DNA of 64,000 bases from the human T2T-CHM13v2.0 reference genome, Homo sapiens. Under the pieces are notes generated by a model, which searched no databases, was not told the origin of the DNA, and saw nothing but the letters and a program-made list of their open reading frames with translations. This document shows, piece by piece, positions 32,698 through 46,400 of the stretch; positions within the stretch are counted from its first letter, which is position 1; each line of letters begins with the position of its first letter. The stretch lies in the NCBI RefSeq assembly GCF_009914755.1, contig NC_060927.1; one strand, 5' to 3'. The position numbers and the translations under genes were made by a program.

Positions 32698-34975
32698 TCA
32701 AGACAATAAAAACCTTGGAAGACAACATAGGCAATACAATTCAGGGCATAGGATTGGGCAAAGATTTCCTGAAGAAGACACCAAAATCAATTGCAACTAA
32801 AGTAAAAACTGACAAATGGGATCTACTTAAACTAAAGAGCTTCTGCACAGCAAAGGAAACTATCAATAAAATGAACAGACAACCTACAGAATGGGAGAAA
32901 AATTTTGCAAGCTATGCATCAGACAAAGGTATAATATCCAGCATCTATAAAGGACTTAAACAAATTTACAAGAAAAAAAAAACCCATTAAAAAGTGGGCA
33001 AAGGACATGAACAGACACGTGTTAAAAAAAATGTGACCAACAATCATATGAAAAGAAGTTCCACATCACTGATCATTGGAGAAATGCAAATCAAAACCAC
33101 AATGAGATAGCATCTCACACCAGTCAGAATGACTATTACTAAAAAGTAAAAAATAACAGATGTTGGCAAGATTATGGAGAAAAAGGTCATGCTTATACAC
33201 TGCTGGTAGGAGTGTAAATTAGTTCAACCATTGTGGAAGACAGTATGGTGATTCCTCGATGTCCTTAAAAGAGAATTACCATGGATCCATTAATTCTATT
33301 ACTACTCTATTATAAAGACACATGCATGTGTATGTTTGAAGCACTATTAACAATAGCAAAGACATGAAATCAACCTATAGGACCATCGATGGTAGACGGA
33401 TAAAGAAAATGTGATACATATATACCATGGAATACTCTGCAGCCTCAAAAACAACAAGATTATGTCCTTTCCAGGAATATAGATGCAGCTGGAGGCCATT
33501 ATTCTTGCCAAACTAACACAGGAACAGAAAACCAAATACCACGTGTTCTTACTTATTACTAGGAGCTAAATGATAAGAACATATCGACACGCATAGAGGA
33601 AAACAACACATGCTGGGGACTTTTGGAGAGTGGAGGGTGGGAGGAAGGAGAGGATGAGGAAAAGTAACTAGTGGGTACTAGGCTTTATACCTGGGTGATG
33701 AAATAATCTCCACAATAAACTCCAATGACACAAGTTTACCTATATAACAAACCTGCAGATGTACTCCTGAACTTGAAAGTTAAAAACAAAGTTATTCCAT
33801 AATAACAAAGAAATTAATTCATCAAGAGGCCATAAAAGTTCAAACATATAAGTGCCTTAAAAATAGGGCTTTATAATACCAAAGCAAAACAGAGAACTGC
33901 AAGGGGAAATAGACGAAACGATTATAGCAAAATTTCAATGCCCCACACTCAATACTTCATAAACAAGTGGACAGAAAAATCAGTAAGAAAGTGGAAAACT
34001 TGAAAAACACTATCAACACACTTGACTATTTGAATACGGCAGTCAACAGTGGCAAAATACACATTCATTTTAAGTGCACGTGGAAGATTGACCAAGGCAG
34101 ACCATATTCCAGGCCACGAAACAAGTCTCCATAAGTGTAAAAGCGTCCTGTCCCTTATATTTTAGGATAGGTTTGACCGACTTATACCACTGCCTTTTGA
34201 CTTTGGGATACAGAATTAGGAGTATGGGGAGAATAAAGCAATGGAGAAAAGATGAAAAAACATGTTAAGCTAAGGAAAGAAAATTTGGGGAAAATCTGGG
34301 AAGGGAGAATAATGGGGCAGCTGGTTAGGAATAAGGAAGACAAGATTGAGAAGAAAGAATTTTAAGCAGTGTTTTTATGAATTATGTATTCTGTTAATAA
34401 ATGGAAATAAAGTACTTGAATTATTTAAAAATTCTGTACTAGACCACATGGATTGTGGTCACTGAAGTATAATGCTTCTACAGGGACTAAACAATTGTAA
34501 AAAATTAATATATAACTAAAGTTTCTTGCACTATATTACTTTTTTCTGATATTTTGAATCATTTTTTATTTGTTACAACTAATGAAACATTTTATGTGCC
34601 TTGTGATTTTTCTCTCTTAACTGTTTCTCCTCTATGTTTATCTAGACAGAAAAGCCTTTTCGGACATTCTCCAACAAGCTTCTCCTATGTCTTATTATGT
34701 CCTACTATGCACTCCAACAAACTTCTCCTATGTCTAATATGACTCTCCCCACCTTCGGCTGTAAGAGAGATTTAGAAAATACTTTATACAAGGCAAAAAG
34801 ATTTTTATGATTGACTTAGATAAATTTGATTTATCATCTGTAGCCTGGCTACCATGAACAAAATCAGAATTTAAATCCAATAATTTCTACAGCAAATATT
34901 AATGGTATTGAGTATTTAAAATAAAATGCTTTATAAATGTATAGCATGAAGTTTTTATTTGGGATTTAAATATTT

Positions 34976-35993
34976 ATTTTATTTCATTTTATTTCTTAAC
35001 TTTTATTTCAGGTTCAGGGGTACATGGGCAGGTTTGCTACACAGGTAAATTGTGTGTCACAGGGATTTGGCGTAGAAATTATTTCATCACCCAGGTAATA
35101 AGCATAATACCTGACAGTTTTTTATCCTCTTCCTTCTTCTACCTCCACCTTCAAGCAGGCCCTGGTTTTGTTCTTTCCTTCTTTGTGTCCATATGTATGC
35201 AAAGTGTAGCTTCCACTTTTAAGTGAGTACATCTGGTATTTGGTTTTCTTTCCCTGTGTTAGTTTACTTAGGATAATAGCCTCCAGCTCCATCCATGTTG
35301 CTGCAATGGACATGGTCTCATTCTTTGTATGGCTGCATAGTATTCCATGGTATATATGTACCAAGTTTTATTTATCCAGTCTACCATTGATGGGCATTTA
35401 GCTTGATTCCATGTGTTTGCTATTATGAATGGTATTACAATGAACATATGCCTGCGTGTGTCTTTATGGTAGAATTATTTCTATTCCCTTTGGGTATATA
35501 TCCAATAATGGGATTGCTGGGTCAAATGATAATTCTGGTTTAAGTTCTTTTGGGAAATCACCAATCTGCTTTCCACAGTGGCTGAACTAGTTGACATTTC
35601 CACCAGCAATGCATAAGCATTCCTTTTTTCCATAACCTCACCACCATCTGTTAATTTTGACTTTTTAATAGTAGCCATTCTGACTGGTGTGAGATGGTAT
35701 CTCATTGTGATTTTGATTTGCATTTCTCCAATAATCAGTGATGTTGAGCTTCTTTTCATATGATTGTTGGCCACATTTTCTTTTGAAACGTGTCTGTTCA
35801 TGTCTGTTGCTTACTTTTTAATGGTTTTTTTTTTCTTGTAAACTGAATGTAAGTTCCTTATAGATGCTGGATATTATACCTTTGTCTGATGCATAGTTTG
35901 CAAAAATTTTCTCCCATTCTATAGGTTGTCTGTTCACTCTATTGATAGTGCAGAAGCTCTTCAGTTTAATTATGTCCCATTCATCAATTTTTG
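34976..35993 (-). mobile_element. L1PA16-like 3' fragment
   Basis: T-rich tail, 3'UTR and ORF2 end on minus. TSD TTGGG(A)TTTAAATATTT at ~34959-34975 and ~35994-36009. Confidence 0.9.
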
Positions 35994-36129
35994 TTGGGTT
36001 TAAATATTTAAATAAGTATGTCCACTTAATAATCAGTAGAAATACATAAGACATTTATTAAAAGAATAATAAACATACTTTTGTTTCTGGCTAAATAGTG
36101 GACTAAGTCTTTAAAAGTTAAACATGAAT

Positions 36130-36660
36130 GTATTCTACAATAATGAAAATCAGAAGCAACCCAAATGTCTAATTACAGAAAAATAATGGTTACTTATATT
36201 ATGGTATTATATTACAATGAGAAGGAATGAACTATTAATATGTATATAAAAATATGGGTAAATCTTAAGACTATCATATTGGGTACAAAAGAGCATATCC
36301 CTAAAACTATATGAAGTATGTGTGTATTATATATTTTAGTCTTTATAAAAATCTCAAAGAGAAACAAATCTGAACACATTGACTTGAAATATATACATAT
36401 ATAGGGTCAAGCCATTAAAATGGGGCATGATTAAACAAAAACCAAGATAGTGATGAAATTTGGCAGTAAAGCTATGGGATGGGATTTTGGATGATGTCAC
36501 AGGTAGATTTCAACAGTATTGATGCTATTCTAGACAATATTCTGGATAATATCTGGTTAGAGAATTTAGAGATGTTTATTTTGTATTAAAATTTCATATG
36601 TATTTCAAAAATTCTTTTGTGTAATCATATATTTGATTTTTAAAATTAAAATACAATGAA
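36130..36660 (+). mobile_element. L1ME-type 3' fragment
   Basis: gaagcaacccaaatgtc; aatgaacta; aaatcttaa...atattgggt. Confidence 0.55.
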
Positions 36661-36926
36661 AAAGTCATTTCTACAAATCACATCTTTTTATCCATTGATG
36701 AAAATCATAGTTTATAGTTTTCTTACTGGCAGATAATTATATCTGAGAATTACATTTTAAAAAAAAAACAGAAAGAAGGAAAGAAAATAAGTTCAGAAAA
36801 AATAATATTCAATTTTGCTAATACCATATTGGGCCTGAGCAGTGGAATAACAGCAGTGTCTCTGAGTTAGTGTCATGAGAGAGACTGGACTTAATAATTA
36901 AACAGGAAACTTGCTGGAGTTGCTAA

Positions 36927-37285
36927 TGTCTTAGACCCTTCAGGCTGCCATAGCAAAATGCCGTAGACCGTGTGGCTTTCAAATGGCAGAAATCTATTTT
37001 TCATATTTCTGGAGGCGGGAAATCTGAGATCAAGGTGCTGGCATGGTCAGCTTCTGGTGAGGGCCTTTTCCTAGGTTTCAGACTGCCAACTTCTTGCTGT
37101 ATCCTCACTTGGAGGAAAGAGGCAAGTCTCTAAGGTCTCTTTTATGAGGATGCTAATGCTATTCATGAGGGCTGCACTCTTATAACCTAGTTACCTCCCA
37201 AAGCCTCTGCCTCCTAACAACATTACAATAGTCATTAGGATTTCAATATATAGATCTTGGGCGGGGGACACAAATATTACAGCCG
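36927..37285. mobile_element. MLT1A/MST-type MaLR LTR
   Basis: tgtcttag..ttcaggctgc..tagcaaaatgcc...ttctggaggc.ggaaatctgagatcaaggtgc. Confidence 0.8.
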
Positions 37286-37874
37286 GCTAGAAGGGATACA
37301 CATAATAATATTGAAAAGAAAATTTTAAGCCTCCCATTTTTTTTAGTTTCCTAATTGAAAATGAGTGGTACAAGATCCTTTTGTTTTCCTCCATGCAGAG
37401 AACATAGCCTGGAAGAAATGTCACACTTTTGAAATTCTCAGTTTAAATATAGAGAGCAACCCTTTCCTGAGAAGGAGAAAATACTAAAAGATATTTTGCA
37501 ATGTGTCTGAGGGAACAAACTTCCAGAGCAAACAATTACTCATAACTGGGTACTTGAAAGGAACATCAAGGGATCTGCAATTGCAACAACGAGAGTACGA
37601 AAAACCAATGGCTGATATGATCTTAGTGACACCTTACATAGAACTCTAGAGGAGATAAATCCAGAACACGTCACAGCAGAAGCTGTGCACCATGTAACCA
37701 GTGTGTCACACACTGTGGCAGCAAATTTCTTGGAACATGCAGCTGTGCTTGTTACTTTTTTCCACAAGACTCAGGTCATGGTCTCTCACTTTTAATTCAT
37801 GGTCTTCTAGAATTTGATCCTGTTGGAGAGCTGCTTGGGTGGCCATATTAATCTCTACCAACTTTTTACACCCG

Positions 37875-37886
37875 CCCCCCCCCCAC

Positions 37887-37917
<31 letters not shown>
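37875..37917 (+). repeat. C-run plus (CA)n microsatellite at an L1 tail
   Basis: Direct reading. Confidence 0.95.
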
Positions 37918-38363
37918 TTCAAAGCTTTCAGGGTACAAGTGGGTTTTGGTTGCATGGATGAATTTTATAGTAGTGAAGTCTGAGATTTTAGTGTGCCCAC
38001 TACCTGATAATGTACATTGTACTTAATATATAGTTCTCTTTCTGTCCCTTAGCTCCCTCCTACCATCCCACTTCTGAGTCTCCAAAGTCCATTATATAAC
38101 TCTGCCTGCATTTTCATAGCCATAGCTTAGCTCCCATTGTAAGAACACATGGTATTTGGTTTTCCATTCCTGAGTTACTTCACTTAGAATAATGGCCTCC
38201 AGCTTCATTCGAGTTGCTGCAAAAGATATTATTTCATGCTTTTTCATAGTAGTATTCCATGTTGTATATATACCAATTTTTTTATACATTCATTGGTCAT
38301 TGGGCATTTAGGTTGGTTCGATACCTTTGCAATAAAGAATTGTACTGCAGTAAACATACATGT
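37918..38363 (-). mobile_element. L1PB1-like 3' fragment
   Basis: gggtacaagtgg.ttttggtt.catggatgaatt.tatagt.gtgaagtctgagattttagtg; ORF2 C-terminal peptide on minus. Confidence 0.85.
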
Positions 38364-38479
38364 GAAGAAAGTCTACCAACAATTCGGAGTTTTTTTATTC
38401 TTTGGAGTAGTCCAAACTTCTTTAATAACTCTTCATTTTAGAGACTCAGGCCATGTATATTGTACCTATTATATTTCTT

Positions 38480-38795
38480 TCTTTCTTTTCTCTCTTTTTT
38501 TTTTTTTTTTTTTTTGAGACGGAGTCTCTCTCTGTCGCCCAGGCTGGAGTGCAGTGGCACAATCTCGGCTCACTGCAAGCTCCGCCTCCTGGGTCACGCC
38601 ATTCTCCTGCCTCAGCCTCCCGAGTAGCTGGGACTACAGGTGCCCACCACTACGCCTGGCTAATTTTTTGTATTTTTAGTAGAGACAGGGTTTCACCGTG
38701 TTAGCCAGGATGGTCTCGATCTCCTGACCTCGTGATCCTCCCGCCTCGGCCTCCCAAAGTGCTTAGATTACCAGCGTGAACTACCGCGTCCGGAC
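38480..38795 (-). mobile_element. AluY
   Basis: caagctccgcc, cacgccattctcc, accgtgttagccaggatggtctcgatctcc. Perfect 21-bp TSD ATTGTACCTATTATATTTCTT at 38459-38479 and 38796-38816. Confidence 0.97.
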
Positions 38796-41459
38796 ATTGT
38801 ACCTATTATATTTCTTCATTTTTACACATCTGTCTCTTTAAAGTCTAGAGAATACTTCTGACCGAACCCCATGTATCATATCCAAAGGTTGCTATAACTT
38901 CCTCTTTGTCAACTAATTCCTCCCTGGTGCACAAAATTGGGCTTAAGACAAACTTTTTTCCACCCCTTAAGAAATAGAATTGTGTGCAAGGCACATCAAG
39001 AGTTTATCAGGTGTGCTACTTTTAAGCAAATGAGACTTTCATCAATATAAAAGGTGGCTGAGGCCCCTCATGACTGCTGTGTCTTCCCTTTGTGTCAGTT
39101 TTATGATCAACACTGGGACCCTAACATCTATCTGGCTAAATAGTCATTCCCTTGATAATCTCACTGTACTGCCCCCTCTCTTTTTTTCCACCTAAGTGCT
39201 CTCTGGCCTGGTTCAAAAATCACATTGCAGGTGTGTTTATCTTTTTGACTTTTAGTACTACTCTTCCTCTCCTAATAGACCTAAAGATTCTGAATAAGTT
39301 ACATCCTTTCATTGTTTTCTTTCAGATCATGAGCTTCTTCTTGTCATAGCTATGTGCTGTGTGGGATACCCTATTCACTTATGTAATACTGTGCTTATTA
39401 CTGGTGTTCTTCCATTTATATCCTCATTGATATTGCTGCCAAATAGCTTCTATCCACTCAGGACCTTTTGTTCCTGGATTCATTTTATTTAACAACCTTT
39501 CTGATTAAGTTAGGCATTTGTGTTCTCTAGTAAGCAAGACAAGTCCTTCTAAAATATTTTTATGATATATACTAGAAATTTTTCACATGTGTGGAATATT
39601 CCTCCGATTTTAAAACCTTTAAATGTATCTTTTTACATTCTATTCAAGTCAATTCATTAGAGTGCAAGGAGTTTGCATGGCATTGTTAGAGAAATAACAC
39701 TAAATTTATTTTTAAATTAACTAGAAAATAAAATTCAAATATTATTTGTAAGAAACTGAGACACATTTCACAACTGACTGCAACACTCTGGTATATTAAA
39801 ACATTGTCAATAACCATTGAGCACCAAGAAACATTCTTAAACGTTTTTATTTTAAGCAGAGGGACTAGCTTAGATTTTATCCACCCTGAATTAGTGAATA
39901 GATCCAGGAGGAAGATGTACAAAACACTTCAATAAGCCCTGAGAAATAGTTCCTCTGTTTATATGCATCTAGTGAGAGGATTTAAGGATTTCTACTGCCA
40001 TCTAAGCTTGAGAGCTGCTGAGATAAGATCTTTTCTTCTCTTTCTAGCAAACTTTATTCTCTAGAAATTATCCAACTTGTTACATGCATCATAGTTGGTT
40101 GCACCAAATATGGTTGTGTTTCAGAGAGACAGATCTAGTCTCTTAAGTTTCATAAGGAAGACAAGGCATGCAGTAAGTTTAGAAACCAGAATAGAGACAG
40201 TGGCAGACAATGCAGTACAGCCTACTTCACACTATTTCAGATTTCTTTTTCCAGACTTTCTCACTGTGGAAGATGAAAAGGGAACTATGTGAATGCCTGG
40301 ACTCTATTATGTGGAGTTATGGTAATGGGGCATAGTTTGTGGCAATAAGATATAAGCAGCAGAAACTAGTGTCTCCCCACTAGCCCCAGAAGCAAAGTCT
40401 TATGAGTTAGACTTTCCTTATTTGTCTTCCAATTTTCCTCTCACTTTCTCAGTGAAACTCAGGGGAATATTGAGTCCTGCTTCCATTATGGATGCATAAC
40501 CATTTAAAAGATCAAATTTTCCTGAGACAATAATAAATTGAGGAATCAAAGCCAGAACATTTGGGAAGAGAGTTGAATATTGAAACAAGGGATCAGCATG
40601 GATTGATTTAAATATTTTTTATGGCTTGCAGCCTGAGGAGAATCAAAAGTCAGCCCTCTGTGGCAACTAAAACTCCATTCAAAAACCCACTGGCTTAATA
40701 GCATGAAGGAACACTGAATAGTAGGGAAGGATGTCTGGAAATGATATATCCAGAAAGAAGGAGCCCAAATTCTGTCTATAAACTCTTCTGAAATCTTAGA
40801 CTGATCCCTGGCAATGCATACCCTGGACAGACTGCAAGCAGTCCAGTTAAAGAAAAAGAGAAATAATCTAAAATTTCATTTGATGACTTAGATATTGAAT
40901 GTAAAGTTTGAACCCAATCAAGTTAAGTACCTGGTAAAACAAAAATATCAACAGTCTTCATTGGACAATAGTACAAAGACTTTCAACAATATAACATTCA
41001 TATGATCCATGATACAATTAAATATTAATTGATATTTGAAAAGATGCAGAAAAAGATGCAGAAATATGTTAATCATTCTCAATTTTTAAAAAAGTCAGTG
41101 AAGGCTGACTTCTAGATAGCCCTGATTTTGAAATTAATAAATAACAACATTAAAGCAGCTATTTTAACTAAGATAGATGAGATAAAGGAAAATACACATA
41201 ATAAATAAAACGATAGGCAACCTAAGTAACGAAATAGAGGATGTAAAAAGAATAAAATGAAAATTCTAGACCTGAAAATTATAATAGCTGAAATAAAAAA
41301 TTACTGGATAAAAGTGACTTTTAATCACAGTAAAGAGAACATGTTTTGTTTCTGGTGGATTTAAGACTATATAAGAAATAAAAGTTTGCAACACTACTTA
41401 AGCACTCAGATAAAATAAGCTATGCAGTTATCAAAGAAGTCTTCAAAAAGCTTTTTGAT

Positions 41460-41970
41460 ATGTAGGTATGTATATGTATGTATATATTTATTATATATAA
41501 TATATAATGTGTTATATTTATATAGTATATTACATGTCATAGGGTATTATATACTTCAAATGTTCATTAGTATATGTGTATGGATGTATCTATATATGTA
41601 TATATAAATAGTTATAAAATATAAACAGTGTTAATTGTATAACATATAAAATATGGTATATAACATATAAAATATGGTATATAACATATGTTATATATTT
41701 GTAATATGCTATATATGTACACTTGCCAGTCCATGTTTTAAGAAGCTAGCACAACTGAAAAAAAGTGGAGCTAGATATAATACCACATAGCTGTCAAAGA
41801 AATCTAGAAACTTTTCATATGATATATATAAAACATATCTATAATATATATTATGCCATGTATATATTATATATATTATACCATGTATATATGTAATATA
41901 TTATATCATGTAATATGTTAGATGGTTACATATATGGGTAAAAATACACACATACACACAATATATATGA
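41460..41970. repeat. (TA)-rich low-complexity tract including a 21-bp tandem unit (ataacatataaaatatggtat x2.4, ~41639-41689)
   Basis: Direct reading. Confidence 0.85.
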
Positions 41971-42145
41971 AATTCTTGCCTTTAGCCTGGTTAATATAAA
42001 CCAACCAAGGAAATATTGCTTGCCAATGACAGGTTATGTAGAAAGTAATATGGTAATATGTTTTATTGTGTAAATCTAGGTTATAGTGTTATAGATATTT
42101 TGGAGAAAGGGTGAAGTTCTTGCTTCTTCCTGCTAAAAACTTTAG

Positions 42146-42393
42146 GCTGGGCATGGTGGCTTACACCTATAATCTCAGCACTCTGGGAGGCCAAGGCAGG
42201 ATCATTTGAAACCCAGAGTTCAAGACCAGCCTAGACAACATAGTGAAACCATTTACCTACAAAAACATTTTAAAAATTATCCAGGCATGGTGGTGTGCAC
42301 CTGTGGTCCCTGCTACTCAGTAGGCTGAGGTGGAAGGATCCCTTGAGCTCAGGAGATCATGGCTGCTATGAGCCATGAAAAAAAAAAAAAAAA
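42146..42393 (+). mobile_element. AluJ-type, missing the end of the right arm before the A tail
   Basis: gagttcaagaccagcct..acaacatagtg; ggatcccttgagc; jumps from gagccatg to poly(A). Confidence 0.88.
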
Positions 42394-43519
42394 AGAAAGA
42401 CTTCAAAAAACTACTTACTTCATTTTACCATGCCATACTAAATACACTGTGAAGTCTCTTCCTCCTGGTCTAAATCTATACAAATGACAAAACTGCCCAG
42501 GGAAATTAGAAGCTGTTTTATCAGTGCATTAGTAATTATAGAAAGGAAAACATATATTGAAGAGGAAATTACATTGAGGAAGTAATCCAAGTCCTTTGCT
42601 TTAAAAATAGCACTTCAAAGGAGTTTCTGTCCCAGAAGTAGTAGCTTTCTAAAAAACAGAGGGAGTTCAGTGCAATTGAAAAGATAGCAATTTGCAAGAC
42701 CACAATTGTTATCCACAGTTTGATACTAACACATTCATTCATTCACTCCTATTTTTGTCAGGCAGCATGAGAAAATAAATAAAAAGGTACATGACTATAG
42801 CAGCAGCAGTAGTTTTTTCATTTGTTTTTTATGTATGAAAGAATAAAATATACAGTGTAGGAATGATCTGAGTATGTGGATGACAAGTACAGTTTTTCCC
42901 AATAAATATGAAGTTAAAAAGTTACTATAAGAATAACTAAAAAACTGGAATATGTCAGAAATCATGATTGAAACTGAAATGCATCTTTAATTCTATGTTT
43001 TAAAAAGCTGCCAAACTTAGACTTTCAAGATCCAGATAATTCTCCTTTTTATTTACACTTTTCTGGAAGATAGAGAATCTTGGAGAGTTAGCACAAAATT
43101 ATTTTATTGAGTTCTCCGATACCTGAAATAGATAAGGACAACCCAAGATGGAAAGGTATAGACCAGTCTAAATTAGGAACATGTAATAAATCACTGGAAA
43201 ACAAAACAAAAAATTCTAAATATATAGTCATTGAAGTAACATTAAAAACCAATTGATAGTTTAAGAATACTAAACATACTGAAAACTGACAAAGCTAGAT
43301 ATGAGGAAATCATATAGAAATCCATGCAGAGAGATAAGGAAATGGTGTGAAGGAAAACCCATAGCTCATATCTAATATGTGTCACAAAAAAGAATTTTAA
43401 AAAGACAATAATCATATGGGGAAATTATTTAGAAATAAAAAAAGTAAGACTCTTCAGATGAAACAAAAAAGTACATGAAGTCCCTAGTAAGATAAATGAA
43501 AACAAATCTATAAACCTAA

Positions 43520-43927
<408 letters not shown>

Positions 43928-44064
43928 TAAAAGACATCCAGCTGTATGATTTTAAGTAAAGCATGATTAGAGTACGGAAAATACTCATGTACAATACAGA
44001 AAATTTGAAGGACTGTAATATATATTAGCACCTGCTAGCCAAAATAAACTTCTAGAGTGGATAT

Positions 44065-44395
44065 TAGGGCTCCCAACCCCCAGGCCTCAGACCCATATGG
44101 ATCCCTGGACTGTTAAGAACAGGGCTGCACAGCAGGAGGTGAGCAGCCTGCAGCAGCATTGCTCCCTGAGCTCCTCCTCCTGTCAGATCAGCAGAGACAT
44201 TAGAGTCTCATAGGAGCACTAACTCTATTGTGAATTACACATGTGAGGGATCTAGGTTGCGTCCTCTTTATGAGAATCTAATGCCTGATGATCTGAGGTG
44301 AAACAGTCTCATCCTGAAACCATGTCCCTATCCCCTGTGGAAAAATTGTCTTCCACGTAACTGGTCACCGGTGCCAAAAAAGTTGGGGACTATTG
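44065..44395. mobile_element. MER1B hAT-Charlie DNA transposon
   Basis: Terminal inverted repeats (ggctcccaac...gttggggac); internal gatctaggttgcg.cctcttt.atgagaatctaatgcctgatgatctgagg. Confidence 0.85.
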
Positions 44396-45117
44396 GGGGA
44401 CAACTTTTGAATAGCAGGCAAAATAGAATATAAAGTAAAAGCATTGATAGAGATAAAAGACATTGAAATAAACAATGATCTATCAAGACATATTATTTAT
44501 AACTTTGTCCCTGTTTAACAAAACATAAAGAAATACAGAAAATGAAAATTGAAATGATTGTAAGAAAAAATTCAAAATTCCACAGTTCTCTCAGAGACAG
44601 ATAGATCAAAACAGATAGAATTGATAGGATAATAAATAAATGATACATTATTATATTTAATATTTTATACTAATAAAATGAAAATATTTTAAATAATATA
44701 AACAGTTTAATTTTATATATCTGAACATATAGATTTATATAGAATTTTGTACTAAATAAAGAACATGCATTGTTTTCAAGAACACGCAGACTATGAACAG
44801 AAATTGTTTATATCCAGATGCTACCTGATTTCTCAACAAATCGAAATTGTTGACTACAATTAAATTAATTTAAACCTAATAATAAATAGTGAGCACTCCC
44901 TCAAAAAGACCTTTATAAACTAAAAGTAAAAAATTATAGTAAATCATCCATGGGATAAAAATGAGAATTACAATGTTGAACAAAATAATGAGAAAACTCC
45001 AATGGTAAAACTTTTGTTAGGCAGCTAAAATGTACAAAGATGAAAAAATATATACTTAAGTGGGTATAATAGGAAATAAGAAATAATACAATTTAATGAG
45101 CTAAGCTTTCTTCTTCA

Positions 45118-45233
45118 AGCTGGGTATGGTGGCACAAACTTGTAGTCTCGGCTACTAGGGAGGCTGAGGTGGAAGCATCACTTGAGCCCAGGAGAGCCTG
45201 GACAACATAGCAAAAACCTCATATCTTCTCTAA

Positions 45234-45265
<32 letters not shown>

Positions 45266-45269
45266 AGAG
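45118..45269 (+). mobile_element. Alu monomer (FLAM/FRAM-like, internally deleted) followed by (GA)n
   Basis: ctgggtatggtggcaca..cttgtagtc.cggctact..ggaggctgagg. Confidence 0.8.
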
Positions 45270-45999
45270 GCTATAAAATAATAATAATGAAACAAACCCT
45301 AAAATATTAGAAAGATTTAAAAGATAAAATTATAAAGAGTAATAAAATAGAGAATGTAGATGTTTTAATCTGTTTTTTGGAAGAAAGAATAAAAATCCGA
45401 TTATATTGATAAACATAGTCAAGAGATGGCACAATTTAAAAATTCTAAGAAACTAATAAGGTTATCATGAGAAGTAACATGAATATATAGCAAAAGACAC
45501 TAAAAAAACCTGAAAAAAAGGAGAAATTAATCAATTGATCTTTGGGAAGACAATAGCAAAAGATTTCAGTTCTCCCCGAATCGAACTATAAAGTCAGTGC
45601 AATAACTATGAAAATATCAATGAGATATTTTATAAAATGTTTTAAGCTATTTCTAGAAATCAAATAAAAGACAAAAAGTAAAATAAAAAATACAGTCAAA
45701 ATAATACTGAAAGAAGAAGAAGAATGGGGTCTTGCCTGGAAGACATGAAGCTTTATTATAAATTGTCAGTAATTAGAATATCGTGGCATTGGTTAGATGA
45801 AAACTAATTCTTATCACCTAATTTTAGAAACTTAGAAATATAAATAGCTGAGGCAAAGGTAGAAATGACTTAAATCTCATAGCTATGGTGGCAGATTCAG
45901 GACCAAAATTCTTGTCTCCTCAATCCCAGGCCTGGACTCTGTTTCCTACAGTACATGCTACTCTCTCACATGCTGTTAGACAAGTAGAGAGTTTATAAA

Positions 46000-46400
46000 T
46001 TAGAACAGTCTGGGTCGGCTATAGTAATAAGCAATTCCAAATCTTTGTAGCTTAAAACACAATATTTTTTTCTTGCTTAATTACATATCTGACTGGGTCA
46101 GTGTTGAAGTCAGCTCCACATAGTCACTTAGCAACTTAGGCTGATGGAGTCTCTATCATCTTACAGCTGAACTGTCTGAACCTCTTCTGTCATTTGACCT
46201 TTTCTGTCACTGTGTGAGGGTCAAGAAGAACCTAGAGGACTCCACAGAGGCTTTTCATTGCCTTAGTCCAAAAGTATTATATGTCAGTTCCATTCACATT
46301 TCACTGGCAACAACTTGTCACATGCCCCTGCCTGATTCCAGGATGGCTGGGGAGTGTATTGAGCTGTATGTGCAGGCGGGTAAGAACAGGTAGATACTGG
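46000..46400. mobile_element. Old MLT1-type LTR
   Basis: gtagcttaaaacac...ttcacatttcactggc..caacttgtcacatg. Confidence 0.55.

Noticed and set aside
37540-37860. Balanced-composition unique stretch resembling an exon or processed pseudogene
   Set aside because: No recognisable protein, TSD/poly(A) or convincing splice pair.
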